Numbered from the stretch's first letter, positions 1 to 13,417 are shown. The stretch is DNA of 64,000 nt from Octopus vulgaris (GCA_951406725.2 OX597829.1:34720001-34784000); one strand, 5' to 3'. Notes: a model not told the origin generated them from the sequence alone. Program-made: numbers and translations.

Positions 1-345
1 TCTGACTCCACTGCTTTTAATCTTGTTATCAGTTACACATGAGTGTAAGTGTTCTATGTATTTTTCATCATTTTTGTCGTATTTTGAACCTGTAAAAAAC
101 AAACATACTAGTTTTTGTTATATTACACATCATGCTCTACTAATTGTTTATCTACCTTCGTTTTCAAATTTCATTCTGAGTTCAAATTCTGCTGAGGTCG
201 ACTTTGCATTTCATCCTTTAGGGTTTGATAAAATATGTACTATTTAAGCATTGGGGTCAATATAATCAACTTAGCCATATGCCAAAATTTTAAACCAGTA
301 GCAGTAGCAGATTAATATTATCATTTTTTAAAAATTATTTTGCAG

Positions 346-415
346 CAAATGAAGTCCTGTTTTCTGCAACTGAAGTGCCTCGAGGATGACTGTAGCAACA
401 GTGAAGAGACAAGAG
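346..415 (+). CDS. MIA3: TANGO1/MIA3-like, first exon in window (QMKSCFLQLKCLEDDCSNSEETR); gene starts upstream of the window
   Basis: ttttgcag acceptor, AG|gtaaaa donor; 70 nt, phase 1 end matches the next exon. Confidence 0.75.
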
Positions 416-899
416 GTAAAAACCACCCTTCACATTCCATTTGATTCCTGTGTTATACTCATATGGGCAGGTAGTAGATAAGTAGTTAGTAGAATGGATG
501 GAGAGGTAGACACATACACGTGCATAAACACACACACACACACGCACACACACACACACACACACTCAAACACACACTCTTGCACACATACACAAGCGCA
601 GTCACATGCAGATAGATGAATAGATTGCTGAATGAGTAAATTCTTCAATAAGAAGACATATAAATAGGATACCAGATAAACTCTCACAGAGAGAGAGAGA
701 GAGAGAGAAACAGAAACTGAGTCAAGTACAGGGCTGGGTAGATGTAGCATTACAAAATCTACCATCAAACATAGAAAACAGACATTCTTACATGAACTAC
801 ATCATTCTATCCTTTAATCTTTTAACTTATAGTGTTGTATCATAATACAACACGTTACTGTCAAATCCAAATGCAAAACACATATACCTAATGCTTAAT

Positions 900-1760
900 A
901 CTAATCTGTAGAATACTATCTCTGGACTTTTACTTCAATTCCAAACTTGTTAATTGTTATCCTTAACCTATAACCTGTAAATCTTATTCCATTGCCCTAC
1001 TTTTAGCCTCAGCTTAATTTCTATTCCTAATCTTATTCCCTAACTAACCATTAAATCTCTTACCATAACCTCCACTTCTAACTGTAATAATTTATCCTTA
1101 TTACCATCTTAATCTTAATCCTTACCACTAATCCTTACTTTTACTCTTAACCTAAGTTACTCATCTTAATCTCTATCTGTAATCTTAATCCTTAAGCTTA
1201 TTTTGTTCTCTAAATCTTTCTCTAAACCTTAATCTTAGTCTCTTATGCAAATATAATTCTTAGCCTTGATAGATAAAACCAAAGTCTATGAAAAGTCAGT
1301 AAATTAATTTGTAAAACAGGCATACCATTCTAAAATCTCCCTACTTATACAAACTAATCCCAACTTGAAGACTTTACTGAAATTTAACGCATAGCTTTAA
1401 TTATAATCTTAGTTCATGATACTACTGTGCACCTTAACTTTAATCCTTAACCCTAATCTCTAACTTAATCACAAGGTTAATCACTAATCTAAATGCTAAG
1501 TATAATTTTTCCTAACATGTTAACCAAAGATCTTAACTCCCACAGTCATTTCAGCTTCTACTCTCATTCATGCCTATGTTTCTAATCATAATCCCACCGT
1601 AATCTTCCCAAACTATAATCACTAATCTTAATCTTTACTTAAATGCTTACTTCAATCATATTCCTTATCTGGAATTCCTACATTCATCCCAGACATTAAC
1701 GTACATGATTTTAATCCCTTAACTTTAAAAAACTTAACTTTACCCTTTAACCTAACCACA
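900..1760. repeat. Degenerate hexamer-like low-complexity tract (CTTAAT/CCTAAC variants)
   Basis: recurrent taatcc/cttaac/cctaac words over about 850 bp, strongly G-poor. Confidence 0.6.
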
Positions 1761-1940
1761 AGTTTGAACATTCAAACTCTAATTGTTTTGTTGTTTGGGT
1801 TGCTTTTGCTGCTGCTGTTTCATCATCGTTGTCATTGTCGTCGTTGCCATCTCCTCCTCCTCCACCACCACCACCACAATCATCATCATCATCATCATTC
1901 TCTTCCTTCTCTTCATTGTCCTTATTTTGTATAATTTCAG

Positions 1941-1993
1941 GTGATCACAATCTTGTGCAACAAAAGATACAACAAATGTTGGATGTTTCTGAG
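1941..1993 (+). CDS. MIA3: TANGO1/MIA3-like exon (GDHNLVQQKIQQMLDVSE)
   Basis: tttcag / GAG|gtgagt; resembles the vertebrate MIA3 IKQMMDVS segment; phases 1 to 0. Confidence 0.9.
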
Positions 1994-3835
1994 GTGAGTT
2001 ATTCAGTTATTGTTATTTAACCCATTCCAGTTCAACATTGATCCAGTAAACACATTACTACTCTGGCCATCCTGTCATTTTACGAGTAGCTAGCTAGGAG
2101 TACATTTTGCAATGTGTAGTTCCTTAAGATAGTTAGGTTTCTATTATTGTATGTCATCATCATCATCATTTTGTATTGGCTTTTTTTTTTTTCATCAGAC
2201 TTGCATAGTTGGATGAATCTTCTTCAGCACAATGTCTCACCACTTACTGCAGTACTTTATCATCTACTTGGTGAGATTTGGTGTCTTAAAATCAGCTTTC
2301 TTGGTTTCTTAACTTCCTCTTCCAAAGGTACCTTTCTCCAATTGTCATGCTCCATATGTATTACACAATCAAAGCAGTTCAGCTTTCCAACACTACATCA
2401 CTTCCTGTTCATCCAGTTTTTTCTCTCTATACATTTTTACTTTTTATTCATATACATTAAGATTATACATCTAGAAGAGCATCCCTGGAGATTACATCAT
2501 CAGGGTAGGAGATGTAATCTCCAGGGATACAGGCATCCAGCAACAGGACCTCCGTAATGCTATGATGGACCGTGAAGCCTGGCGTAACATAGTAAATTCC
2601 ATTGTCTCGACCACGGTCGAACAATGATGATGAGAAGAGCGTGTTCAGCTCATTTTGTTTTGCAGCTCACATACATCTTTTGCATTCAGTATTCATAAAT
2701 GTGACTACTGGATGAACATAAATTGAGGCAGTGTGTGAAAGCTGAGCTGCTTTGGTTGTGTAATACATATGGAGCATGACAATTGGGGAAAGAAGTGTCA
2801 TGCAGTGGAAGGCACCTTTGGAAGAGGAAGACATACGAAGCCAAGAAAGCTGATTTTAAGATACCAAATCTCACCAAGTAGATGACAAAGGATTGCAGTA
2901 AGTAGTGAGACACTGCCCTTCAGTTGGAGAAGAAATATCTTTGTTGCAAACAAAACTAATTGCTCCCTGAACTTTTTCCACTGCCTTCTTTGTCTAGTTG
3001 CTGTACTTTCAGATATCCCTTGTCTTGCTTAATTTGACCACTTATGTAGTAGAAGTTATCAACTACTTTATGGAGACTTCTGAGTATGAACTTCCACAAC
3101 ATGTCTGTTGTTTGCTATAGGACTGCATTACTGATTATATGATAGCTTTTACAATTTCTCTTTGCCAAATTAAGTATAATAAATGTTATTGTTATAAACT
3201 AAAACTTCTCTCCCCACAAGTACTTGTTTCACACATAATTTGTAGCCTTTAGACATTTCAGTAAATTTCACACACACGTGCACACACAAATACACACTCA
3301 TGTGTAATTATTATTTTTAAAATTTACTACTTTTAACTACTTTGAGTTTTGCATCAGCAATGCATTCATTAGACGACACTTGAGAAATGCAAATGGAATT
3401 TATTATAATCTACCACAAGGCAGCATACTGTAGACGTCCACTTGGTCTTATTTGTTAAAATCCAGTAGATTAATCAGATCTGCCTCCAATTATAGTTGAC
3501 CAAGTAGAATGTTCTTACTTGATGACACTTTGACATCATTTCCCTTCTCTTTAAAGTATCAGTTTGTTTGGTCACGTGATATTTCACTGTAATGCACAAT
3601 TGGCATTGCATTGTTCCATTCATATAGAGTATGCTGGAATAATTAATTAATAATAAAAAAAGGAAGTGTACTACAATCGGTACATGTGATTTTTATTGAT
3701 AGAATGACGCTGCCAATGTATGATAATTGCATATGTATATAAATACATGTATATATACTTTCTAAAAAATATGATGATGGGTGTATACACATGCCTACTT
3801 GCCTCTATCTCTGTTTCTTTCTCTTGCTCTGGCAG

Positions 3836-3926
3836 ATGAATGCAATGTTAAAACAATCCGATGAAGAACGTGATCAGTTGAAACACCGGCTGGAGATTGA
3901 AGCTGAGAGCCGAGTAGAACTTGAAG
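3836..3926 (+). CDS. MIA3: TANGO1/MIA3-like coiled-coil exon (MNAMLKQSDEERDQLKHRLEIEAESRVELE)
   Basis: long pyrimidine tract + cag; AAG|gtgagt; phases 0 to 1. Confidence 0.9.
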
Positions 3927-4597
3927 GTGAGTGTCATATTTTTGTGTAGCATATTCACTTGACTTGAGCTCATTTCAATTCCTTGCTCTACTCTGGTATT
4001 TTATCCAGAGAAAGACTGAACTTTGAACCTTTGAACTTTACATTGTCAAAGCAAAGAATTAAATCCAATAAAATCAAAAATAACTAAAACAACTGGTTCA
4101 TCCTCCACTTATGTATAGCTTTTTGTGAATCACTTAAAAACAATCTCATGACTTGAAGCTGACACACCTAAATATACACAACTGCTTACAAAGTTCATGC
4201 ATGAATAAATTCTAAGCAATAACACAACCCTGAATTTTCTTTATAATTATTTCTCCAAAATGTCTCTCCATATCAACACAACCTACAACCTAATTATGTC
4301 TCTATTTAAATCTACACACCCAAGAAATATTTTAATTCAGCAGAGACTATATAAAGCCAAGGTTAGCTTTAATGCATCACAGTCCAACAACGGCTTAACT
4401 GGCCGAAACTTTGAAGTCACTGTCAATAATATTCTTGTTTAAGAATAATAAAATTGTGCTCTACAAAAGTATGGAGTAACCCATCAGATTAATGTAAAAT
4501 TGTTTTTCTAATAACTGAACATAAAAACCAACATTATATATATGTATATATATATGTGTGTATGTGTATGTATATATATATATATCTAATATATCTT

Positions 4598-4724
4598 ATA
4601 TCTATTATATAAAATAGAGATGTGTGTGTATTTGCTTTTCACGTAAAAATAACTTTACCAATTGCTTCCATACTTGTGATGCATGAATAATTTGACCTCA
4701 GATATATGTTAGGCTCTTCATTTG

Positions 4725-4788
<64 letters not shown>

Positions 4789-4903
4789 GGGGGGCAGGGA
4801 AGAATGATGCAAAAAAAAGTGAAGAAGCAAGAATCAAAATAACTTATCTGCTCCTCACTTTTCAACATGCATAGCCAAGTCAACTTAAGGAAGCCAGCCA
4901 GTT
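4598..4903 (+). mobile_element. Possible short non-autonomous Helitron relic
   Basis: TCTATTATATAAAA-type start and degenerate ...CCAGT (CTAGT-like) end; internal TA/GA microsatellite. Confidence 0.35.
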
Positions 4904-4919
4904 ACCAGGTAACCTATTA

Positions 4920-5730
4920 ATGTTGTGGCCATTCTAGCCAGATTGACTACATTCTCACCAGAAAGAGAGATACATGGTTGCTCATAAATGTAAAGACCAT
5001 CCCTGGTGAAGAATATACCCCTCACCATAGGTTAGTCATTAGCGACTTCAGACATCAGGGGAAAAGCAGACTAGTATGGAAAAGAAGGATTTGGAGTCTT
5101 AAGGATCCTTTGAATAGTCAGAGATTTAGAGAGGTCCTAATTGAAGCATTTAACAAGGAGGAGGAGTAATTACTGATGTGCAACCTTGAGGACAACGGGA
5201 AATTCCTATGGGACAACTTACTGAGTATCGCAGACCAAATCTGTGGCTAGTGCAAAGTCCCATCCAGACCTAGGTGGTTGGGACAGTGTCTAAACAGGGC
5301 CGCTAGACTGAAGAAACAAGACTGGAAGGATGGTGGTAGCAGAGAGCTATATCAGATAGCTAGAAGGCAGGTATACTTAGCCAGGGGAGAAGCAGAAAGG
5401 AAGGACTTTGCCAATGTTCTGCAGCATGAGGATCAGAGGCTTGAGGTGTTTCAGACTGTAAGACAGTGTGTGAAAATCAATTTGTTGTAGGAGAGAAGTG
5501 CATTCACATGGATGATGGCTCACTTGCACTTAGAGATTCTACAAAGAAAGAGGCTTGGAAGTGCCATTATGAAAGGCTGCTAAATGTAGAGAATGCTTGG
5601 GAAAAGGAGAGCCTACCTAATCTAGACCCAACAGAGGGGCTGCTATTTGAATTGACAGTAGCTACGTAAATAAAGCAATTAAGGATATGAAGACATGGAA
5701 AGCTTCCATCCCAACAGGAATCACTACAAA
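4920..5730 (+). mobile_element. RTE-type LINE relic (endonuclease-RT linker)
   Basis: broken frames: VKTIPGEEYTPHHRLVISDF, KKEAWKCHYERLLNVENAW. Confidence 0.75.
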
Positions 5731-5829
5731 GTTTGTCTTGTGTTTCAAAGTCTCAGTCTTTGATTAAAAAATTAACATAGAGTATGAATTAAGCATTCCC
5801 TTCTCATTCATCTGACATTAAGCAACATA

Positions 5830-6185
5830 TTCCTATCCACATTGTTCCAGGTTCAGTCTCATTGTAAGTTATCTTGGGCAAGTGTCTTCTGCTACAGCCT
5901 TGGGCCAACCAAAGCCTTGTGAATGGATTTAGTAGGAGGAAACTGAAAGAAGCCTGTAGAACGCACATGTGTGTATGTGTATCTCTTTGTGCCTGTGTTT
6001 GTCCCCAACTACCACTTGACAACCAGTTGGTGTATTTACATCTCTATAACTTAGCAGTTCAACAAAAGAGACTGATACAATAAGAACCGGGTTTTAAAAA
6101 ATAGAAAGAAATATTGGGATTGATTTGTTTCAAGGCAGTGTGCCCCAGCATGACCCACAGTCTAACAACTGAAACAAGTAAAAGA
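5830..6185 (+). mobile_element. tRNA-type SINE (main window family)
   Basis: ggttcagtc B-box-like, ttgggcaagtgtcttc, aactgaaagaagcc core, actgaaacaagtaaaagaat tail; homologous to 16321 and 46815 copies. Confidence 0.75.
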
Positions 6186-6823
6186 ATATATCTCCTCATT
6201 CTTCTCACCTTTTTTTACTTCACATTCATTCCCACTCTCACCTCTATTTCCATGCTTTGCTCATATACAATTAATGACTAGACACATACACATCCGACAC
6301 TTCCACTAACCCATGCCACTGTACTTCTATATTTGCATGCCCCTTCACATGTATACCTCTCACACACACACAACAAAATCTCATGCACAGTACTCACCCA
6401 CTCTATGCCCATCTCAAAACACAAACAAATTAACTGTATATGCATGCACATACATACTTTTCCTCTCTTCTTTCCTTCCTTCCCAAAGAACCATAGAACT
6501 GCATTCCCTTCTGACCTTTATCCCCAGGCCTGCCTTCCCCCACTCTTCTCATCCACTTTTCCTCTTTTACACTCTTCTATTATTTTTTCTCTATACTTTC
6601 CTTCTGATGAAGATCTAGCATCTAAAATGTTAAGAGTCCTTTTCTTCTTTAATACAATATTTGTTAAAACTTATCCCTCCTGTGTTGTTTTTTTCTTTTT
6701 TTTTTTGTCTGTTTTCTTCAATTTACATATATTTTCATTAAAACCAAAACTGTATCTTTGTCTTGTAACTTGAATTTCACTTTTACACACATAATATTCA
6801 CACATTTTGTTTTTGCATTTCAG

Positions 6824-6950
6824 ATAAAATTGCAACGTTAGAGCGTGACATTGAAACCATGCAAGCAGACAAGGCAAAAGTTGTTCGTCAGAACCATGAA
6901 CTCACAGTATTGACTTCGTATCTGAAAGAAAAAGAGCTTCAATTTCAAAG
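6824..6950 (+). CDS. MIA3: TANGO1/MIA3-like coiled-coil exon (DKIATLERDIETMQADKAKVVRQNHELTVLTSYLKEKELQFQR)
   Basis: tttcag / AAG|gtgggt; YLKEKELQFQR parallels MIA3 LYQQKEMALQK; phases 1 to 2. Confidence 0.9.
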
Positions 6951-7199
6951 GTGGGTTTGTGGTGTGTGTACTGATTTGTAAGCATTTGTAGACTTCATTT
7001 GAACTATACCCAACACATTCTTGTATGATGACAACCACACATTGTCTTCTTTGATATACAGGCCTCTTACCCTATATCAGTAATACATTTATAAAATCCT
7101 GACTACAGGCTCTATAATCACTATAAAATCCAGGCTACAGGTTTTATTCGAACTTTGCTCTAAAAGTCTGTGTTGAATTGATTCTTTCCACTTGTCATT

Positions 7200-8200
7200 C
7201 TTGTCACCTAGATTTCAATAACTTCCAATCACTTTAGTTGGATACCTCTCTACATATATTCTACAATCACCATCAGCTATCAAACTATCTCACTTCTTGT
7301 ATTGAAGGTAGCCACCTCACATCTCTCTGAAGACATACCACACACTAAATATCCACAAACTTTTTCTCAAATCAAAACTCATACATCTTTGCTGATCTCT
7401 GCATAATGAATGCAACACACCATGTAGTCTTCTACTGCTCAACATATTGCATCTACAAATCCTCAGCCATTTAACTGGACTTAATCTGAAATGAAACCAT
7501 CTTCTTAAATATATCCTTTTACATTCCTTATAATTCTCTTCTGCAAATGGTTTACATGCAGCTATGCTACAGTTATATAAGCAAAAGAAAAAAATGCCAA
7601 CATGCCTGCAATTCCTAGAAGTCACTGACCATTATTAACTGAGAAGCTTTTACAGGCTACTCTTTCTTCCAATACTACAAATAGAAGCAAAGACCTCTTT
7701 GTACACCACACTGCCTACAAGCTTTCCTTATTCCTAAGTGGTAATATAACCTTCTAATCCCATGCAAAGAATGTTGATACCTGCCTTGTGGAATCTTATT
7801 TGTCACCACTTCTTAGGTACAAAATCTTTGTCAACAGCACTCCTCAGAAAAGACTTAACATTTTCTCTCACTTTTCATTTTACTCTACATTGAATGTACT
7901 CTACTTCTCCATATCATCAGCCTCACCTGTCACCGTCAAACAATATTCTCCAGAATTAGCTGCTGCTCTTGTCAAACTCTTCCATTTGTTTCTCCAAGTG
8001 TCTATTCCAATCACTGGAAACATGCTACATGTCCTTTCTCCAAAAAGTTGATACCTCAGACATCACGAAGATAATCAACGATATGGCATCCTGAGAAATC
8101 TACTCCAGACTCCCACTTCTCAGTCAGCTGTCAATGATGCATTTTCCTTGAGAAGCTTGGCAATAGTGACATTGTGTCAGCTAATGCCATTATAGTTATG
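7200..8200 (+). mobile_element. Old CR1/Jockey-like LINE relic
   Basis: degenerate YSPELAAALVKLFHLFL segment typical of the start of CR1-type RT. Confidence 0.4.
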
Positions 8201-8981
8201 AATCACAACACAAGAGACTAGGTGGCCTGTTTATGATGTATATCTGCCTCACATTCCTTAGATTGCAAAAATTACTGGCTTATATCAGCATATTTCTTAG
8301 CTTATCAAAGATATATAAGAGGCAATTTATTCAATATTGTAATATTTGTACGTGGAAAAGAAAAGGAGAAAATGCATGTTTAAACACATTTCCTTTATCC
8401 ATGATTCCTCCAAACTGATACTCACCATTCACCATGCATTCACTGCATTTACCTCCACACTCATCTTTAGCTGTATATCACACTCCTTTCACACTCTCAC
8501 AAACTTACTAATCAACTCTCCTATCTAACTCATACCATCATGGAAGATAAATACACACGAATTAAAAGCAGTGCTAGTGTTACACATACTCAGTGTATGT
8601 GCTTTGCTTGTTTGCTGGTAAGCTGCAGTTTAGTGCAGTTGGATGACTCCCTCAAAGGACTAGGTGCTAAAACACCTGAAAGTCATGGCCAGGCAAGAAA
8701 ACACACCCCTAATCCCATTGAGGAGTGATGGACATCTATTTTTCACCATTTTTATGGTTTATCAACAAAACATACCTGAACCAAATCAGAGGTAAATTGA
8801 ATCCATCAGTCTATGACTATATACAATGGTGTAAAAACCATTTGCTGATATACCACGATAATGCATATGTAAGAATAACTTCAAATATGAATTAAAAGCA
8901 GTGTGCTAGTTTCGTAAACATTTCATATATAAATACATACATACACACACACACATATATATATATATGTATATATGTATA

Positions 8982-9042
<61 letters not shown>

Positions 9043-9046
<4 letters not shown>

Positions 9047-9235
9047 AGAGTTTATGAAAAAAACAAAAGACGAAGACAGGTGGTGTACAAAACAAACAGA
9101 TGTATTAGTATAGCGCTCAGGAATAGAAAAAGTTTTTTATGTTTCGAGCCTACGCTCTTCTACAGAAAGGGACACAGAAAAAAAACAACGAGAGAAAAAA
9201 ATGTGTGTAGTGGCTAACGATCTATCACGCCGACT
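9043..9235 (-). mobile_element. Solo Penelope-like terminal repeat (pLTR) beside (TA)n
   Basis: reverse complement matches 61640-61712 at the 3' end of the PLE; contains ctgtagaagagcgtaggctcgaaac. Confidence 0.75.
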
Positions 9236-10244
9236 CTATATATAGAAGCAAAGACCTCTTTGTACACCACACAGCCTGAACCTTCTAACCCCATGCAAAG
9301 AATGTTGATACCTTGTGGAATCTTATTTGTCACCACTTCTTAGGTACATATATAAATATATATATATACACACACATACATACACTCTACCCATTCTGGC
9401 AGTCTATACCCTGTCCCCTCATTCACTTTCCTTACAATTTTTCAAACTGATTTTCTAACTCACCTTGTGTTTTGTGGGGCCATCTAGGAACCTCATCTCC
9501 ATTATCTCTTGCAGCTCCTACTGTTCATTTTCTCTGTTTCTCCCCTTCTAATACTGGATGTGAGAAATTGCTCTGCCCCACCCTCCCTTAGTTCACTATC
9601 TTGTCCACTAGCATGAAGCAGGCCCTGAACCCCCCCCCCCCGAGCTGCACAGTAACCTCAGTAGTGCAGGTGGCATGAAAAAAGCACCTAGCCCATGCTG
9701 TTGATTGGTTGGCATAAGGAAGGGCATCCAGTCATAGCAACCATGCCAAAGCAGACATATTTGATTGATGCAGTTCTTGAACATAGATTCTGTAAACCAT
9801 CCAACCCATGCCAGCATGGAACACGTTTCTTAAATGACGATGATAGTGATGATATACATACAGTTTCTACCTACCAAATTACTGAATTCTCTCACTTGGC
9901 TTAGTTGATCCTGGGCTATATTAGAGTGCATTTACCCACAGTGTAATGTCGTGGGACTGGACCTGAAGTACACAGGTATCTGCATATATATGTCTAGAGA
10001 TATATGTAGTCACATAAACACCAAACAACATTCAGTCATGCAGCAACATTGGTAATACATAAAAATGTAAGGTAAATAAAAGTATATCACAAATTGTCCT
10101 TAATGGTATAGAGCAGAAATTGTGCTTGATTTATATTCATAATTTGATATGTACAGACAAATGGATAAAACTCACTCAATTTATAACAATATATTCTGTA
10201 TAAAGAAATATCTATCTCTCTCTCTCTATATATATATATTCCAG

Positions 10245-10346
10245 AGCTTTGGGTGAACAGGAAGTCCTCAAAAACCAGAACATTACCAAATTAGGAAGTG
10301 CTGAGGAACGAGTCAAGACAATTGAAGATGAACTAAGTAATTACAT
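10245..10346 (+). CDS. MIA3: TANGO1/MIA3-like exon (ALGEQEVLKNQNITKLGSAEERVKTIEDELSNY)
   Basis: ttccag / AT|gtaagt; phases 2 to 2, open frame. Confidence 0.88.
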
Positions 10347-12203
10347 GTAAGTGAACCATGTGACATGCTTGTTGAGAGGTCAACTCTCATATTTTTCTTC
10401 TATTTTTTTTTTTACTTTTTTTATATCAATTTTACATATTTATTATATGATTAATAGTTTCATTGTTAATGTTATTAGAACTCGAGTGCCCTCTTTTATA
10501 CATACAGAGTTTATATATTACTGCATGATTATGAATTGTACATATATATATGCTACCAGTATTAAAAAAATTCTGTGATCGATACAATCAACTAAATTCC
10601 TCAAGGTGGTGCCCCAGCATGGCCGTAGTCCAATGACTGCAACAATTAAAAACAAAAACAAAAACGAATTATATCACAGAAGTGGTTTTGATCAGGCTTA
10701 AGAAAAAATTCTGGGTTCCATACAGCCATCTAAAAATTCTTCAAGGTGGTGTGCAAGCATGGCCGGCCGCAGTGTAATAACTGCAACAGGTAAAAAAATT
10801 TCTGGGGTCGATACATTCAACTGGAAATTCTAAAAACGGAAAAATAACCATAAAACTTTTGTCCGGATCCCAGATCATCTGGTTATAATGGATCTGCAAT
10901 ACTTTGTTTAATATCTATGTATTATCATCATTATCGTTTAGCATGTTTTCTATGATAATGTAATAGTATGATGCTGATGATAACTATATATACGCATGTA
11001 TGTATATACACTCTATAAAATAGGTCATTATGAACTACATTACTAATATCTTAACTGAAAATATATATTAATGCAAAAAGAAGGTCAAAAGGTTTCTTTT
11101 CATCAATCTAAATAAAATTAGGTCTAGTGGGAGCAAAACGGAAACAGCGAAGTATCAATCTACACGGGTTTCCTTTGAAACAAAGTAATTATTTCAGCTG
11201 TTTCCAATGATTTGGACAACTTGTCAATGTGGTTGTAAATACGTTAAATACAAATCAACAGACACTCAGTGCATAACTAAGCATGTCTCAACTGCACACA
11301 GCCAGAAGAAAAACATAAAACTCGTTAGAAAATAGGTCATTGTGAACTACATTACTAATTAACATCTTAACGGGGGGGAAATATATATTAAAGCAAAAAT
11401 AAAAGGTTTCTTTTCATCAATATAAATAAAATTAGGTCATGAGAAACTATTTAGTACAGTCCGTTATCATTCTACTCAAAGACTTTAATGTCTGTTTCTT
11501 TACTGGCATAGATTGTTAATATCTGTTTTAACATTATGTAGATCAAATGATTACTAAAAAAATATTTTCTTTAATAATATGCTGTATTTACACATCCACC
11601 AGGTATGGATGATTATCTAATGTTGAAAAGTGCTCAGGCTAAATAAATTCTGTTTTTTAAAAAAATTCGAAGAAAAACGGAAAATGTTTTATTATTAGTA
11701 ATAATGATAATAATCCTTTCTGCTATAAGTACAAAGGCTGAAATTTTGTGGGAGACGGGCTAGTTGATTACATTGCTCCCAGAGGGTTAATGAATCCAGG
11801 TAAAAAAGACACAAAAAAGTCACGGTAATAAAGTCAGAGTTGTTTTGTCCTAGGAGAATTTTGTTTGAATCCCATTTATTAATTGTGACTTTTTTTCTAG
11901 TGACTTTATTACCGGTCACCTAAATCGATTAGACCAACCTCAGTACTCAACTGGTACTTATTCTATGGATACTGAAAGGAAGAAAGGCAAAGTCAACCAT
12001 AGCGGAATTTGAACTCAGAATGGAAAGATGGGCAAAGTACCACCAAGCATTTTGCCTGACATACTAATGATTCTAATGTTAATATTATTATTCAATAATA
12101 ATAATAATTACTCTAATTAAGCATCTTTTTTTATACAGACCCAAATATGCATTTACTTACAGATATGTGACAAGTTTACAATTATATTTATTTTTCATTG
12201 CAG

Positions 12204-12264
12204 ACAACAAAATGAAGATTTGAAACGAGAAATCCTCAAAGCTGAGCGAGATTTTCGTGCACAG
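12204..12264 (+). CDS. MIA3: TANGO1/MIA3-like exon (IQQNEDLKREILKAERDFRAQ)
   Basis: ttgcag / CAG|gtgaag; parallels MIA3 ELQKTERSFKNQ; phases 2 to 0. Confidence 0.92.
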
Positions 12265-12750
12265 GTGAAGCTCGATTATATATATAGATGTGGGTGTGTA
12301 TGAATGCCTGTATGTGTGTGTGTGTGTACATGTGCTAATACATATGAAGACACATAACAGATAAATATTTATATATGATGTTCCACTCTTCAAAATGTAT
12401 ACAAAGGATTTGAGATTGCTTCAATTTTATCAAAATTTCTGTAACATTTCAGACATAAATTTGAAATAATATTGTTAAACCAATTTCGTTTCCTTAAAAA
12501 TGCAAAGTCATACAAATGTATTCCAACATTGTTAAATGCCAACAACAAATACATAAAACATATAAATTGCGAAAAAAAAAAAAATGGCACATAAAATATG
12601 GATACATAGAAGAAACAAGAAATTGGAATGTTTTCTTGTATTTACTTATGTCCCTTCTATGTTCTAAGATCAAAATCTGCCAAATTGCACTTGGTGTACT
12701 ATGGTTGATAATCATTATTATTATGATTATGTTATTTTCTTTCTTTGCAG

Positions 12751-12786
12751 ATTGCAGCAAATGAGAAGAAAGCCCATGAGAATTGG
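12751..12786 (+). CDS. MIA3: TANGO1/MIA3-like 36-nt exon (IAANEKKAHENW)
   Basis: tttgcag / TGG|gtaatg; EKKAHENW is the hallmark MIA3/cTAGE5 motif. Confidence 0.95.
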
Positions 12787-12828
12787 GTAATGTATTATTA
12801 CTTTTATTATTATTATTATTATTATTAT

Positions 12829-13368
12829 TGAGTGAGAGAGCAGTTCATGCAATCAAAATGACACTGGGGTAAAATGTACACAGCCCACTCATCTGATGAG
12901 TGGGCACCAGGCATATGCATCACAACCATATGTGCACAACATGGTGACCTCATATCAAGATAAACAGCACATAACCTTGCAGGTGGGGCCCAGCTAGAAT
13001 TTTCTTCAGGTTGAGTTGCCTGTCTTGCTCAAAAGATCCCTTAGTAAGGGTTGTTGAAGGATGTTGAGCAAAACACTCATGTTTCCAAAGATGAATTATC
13101 CAAACCTCTATGAATTTGTTTCAACACATGGCTATGATGCTCCCCCACTACTTCTGCTCGTGATCAGAGATGCACATATCGTCAGCCACTAAGGGACATG
13201 CTCAACTGGTTACGGTCAAACAATTGATGAGCAAATCTGTGGTATTGAGCAGAATATTTGCTGTAGCTCATCTTTTATACCAAAATGAAAGAATGGACAT
13301 GATAACACTTCCAATCAGTTAAGAACAGAAGCCCTGAGAGCCACTGCCTGGTACTGCATCAGGGCATT
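12829..13368. mobile_element. Interspersed repeat of about 540 bp embedded between (TTA)n/(TAA)n tracts
   Basis: higher-GC block bounded by (TTA)n on the left and compound (TAA)n(TTA)n(TAG)n at 13369-13495. Confidence 0.5.
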
Positions 13369-13413
<45 letters not shown>

Positions 13414-13417
13414 TATA

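Noticed and set aside
12883-12905. CTGATGAG inside the perfect palindrome gcccactcatc-t-gatgagtgggc as a hammerhead
   Set aside because: No GAAA, stem III or cleavage triplet follows
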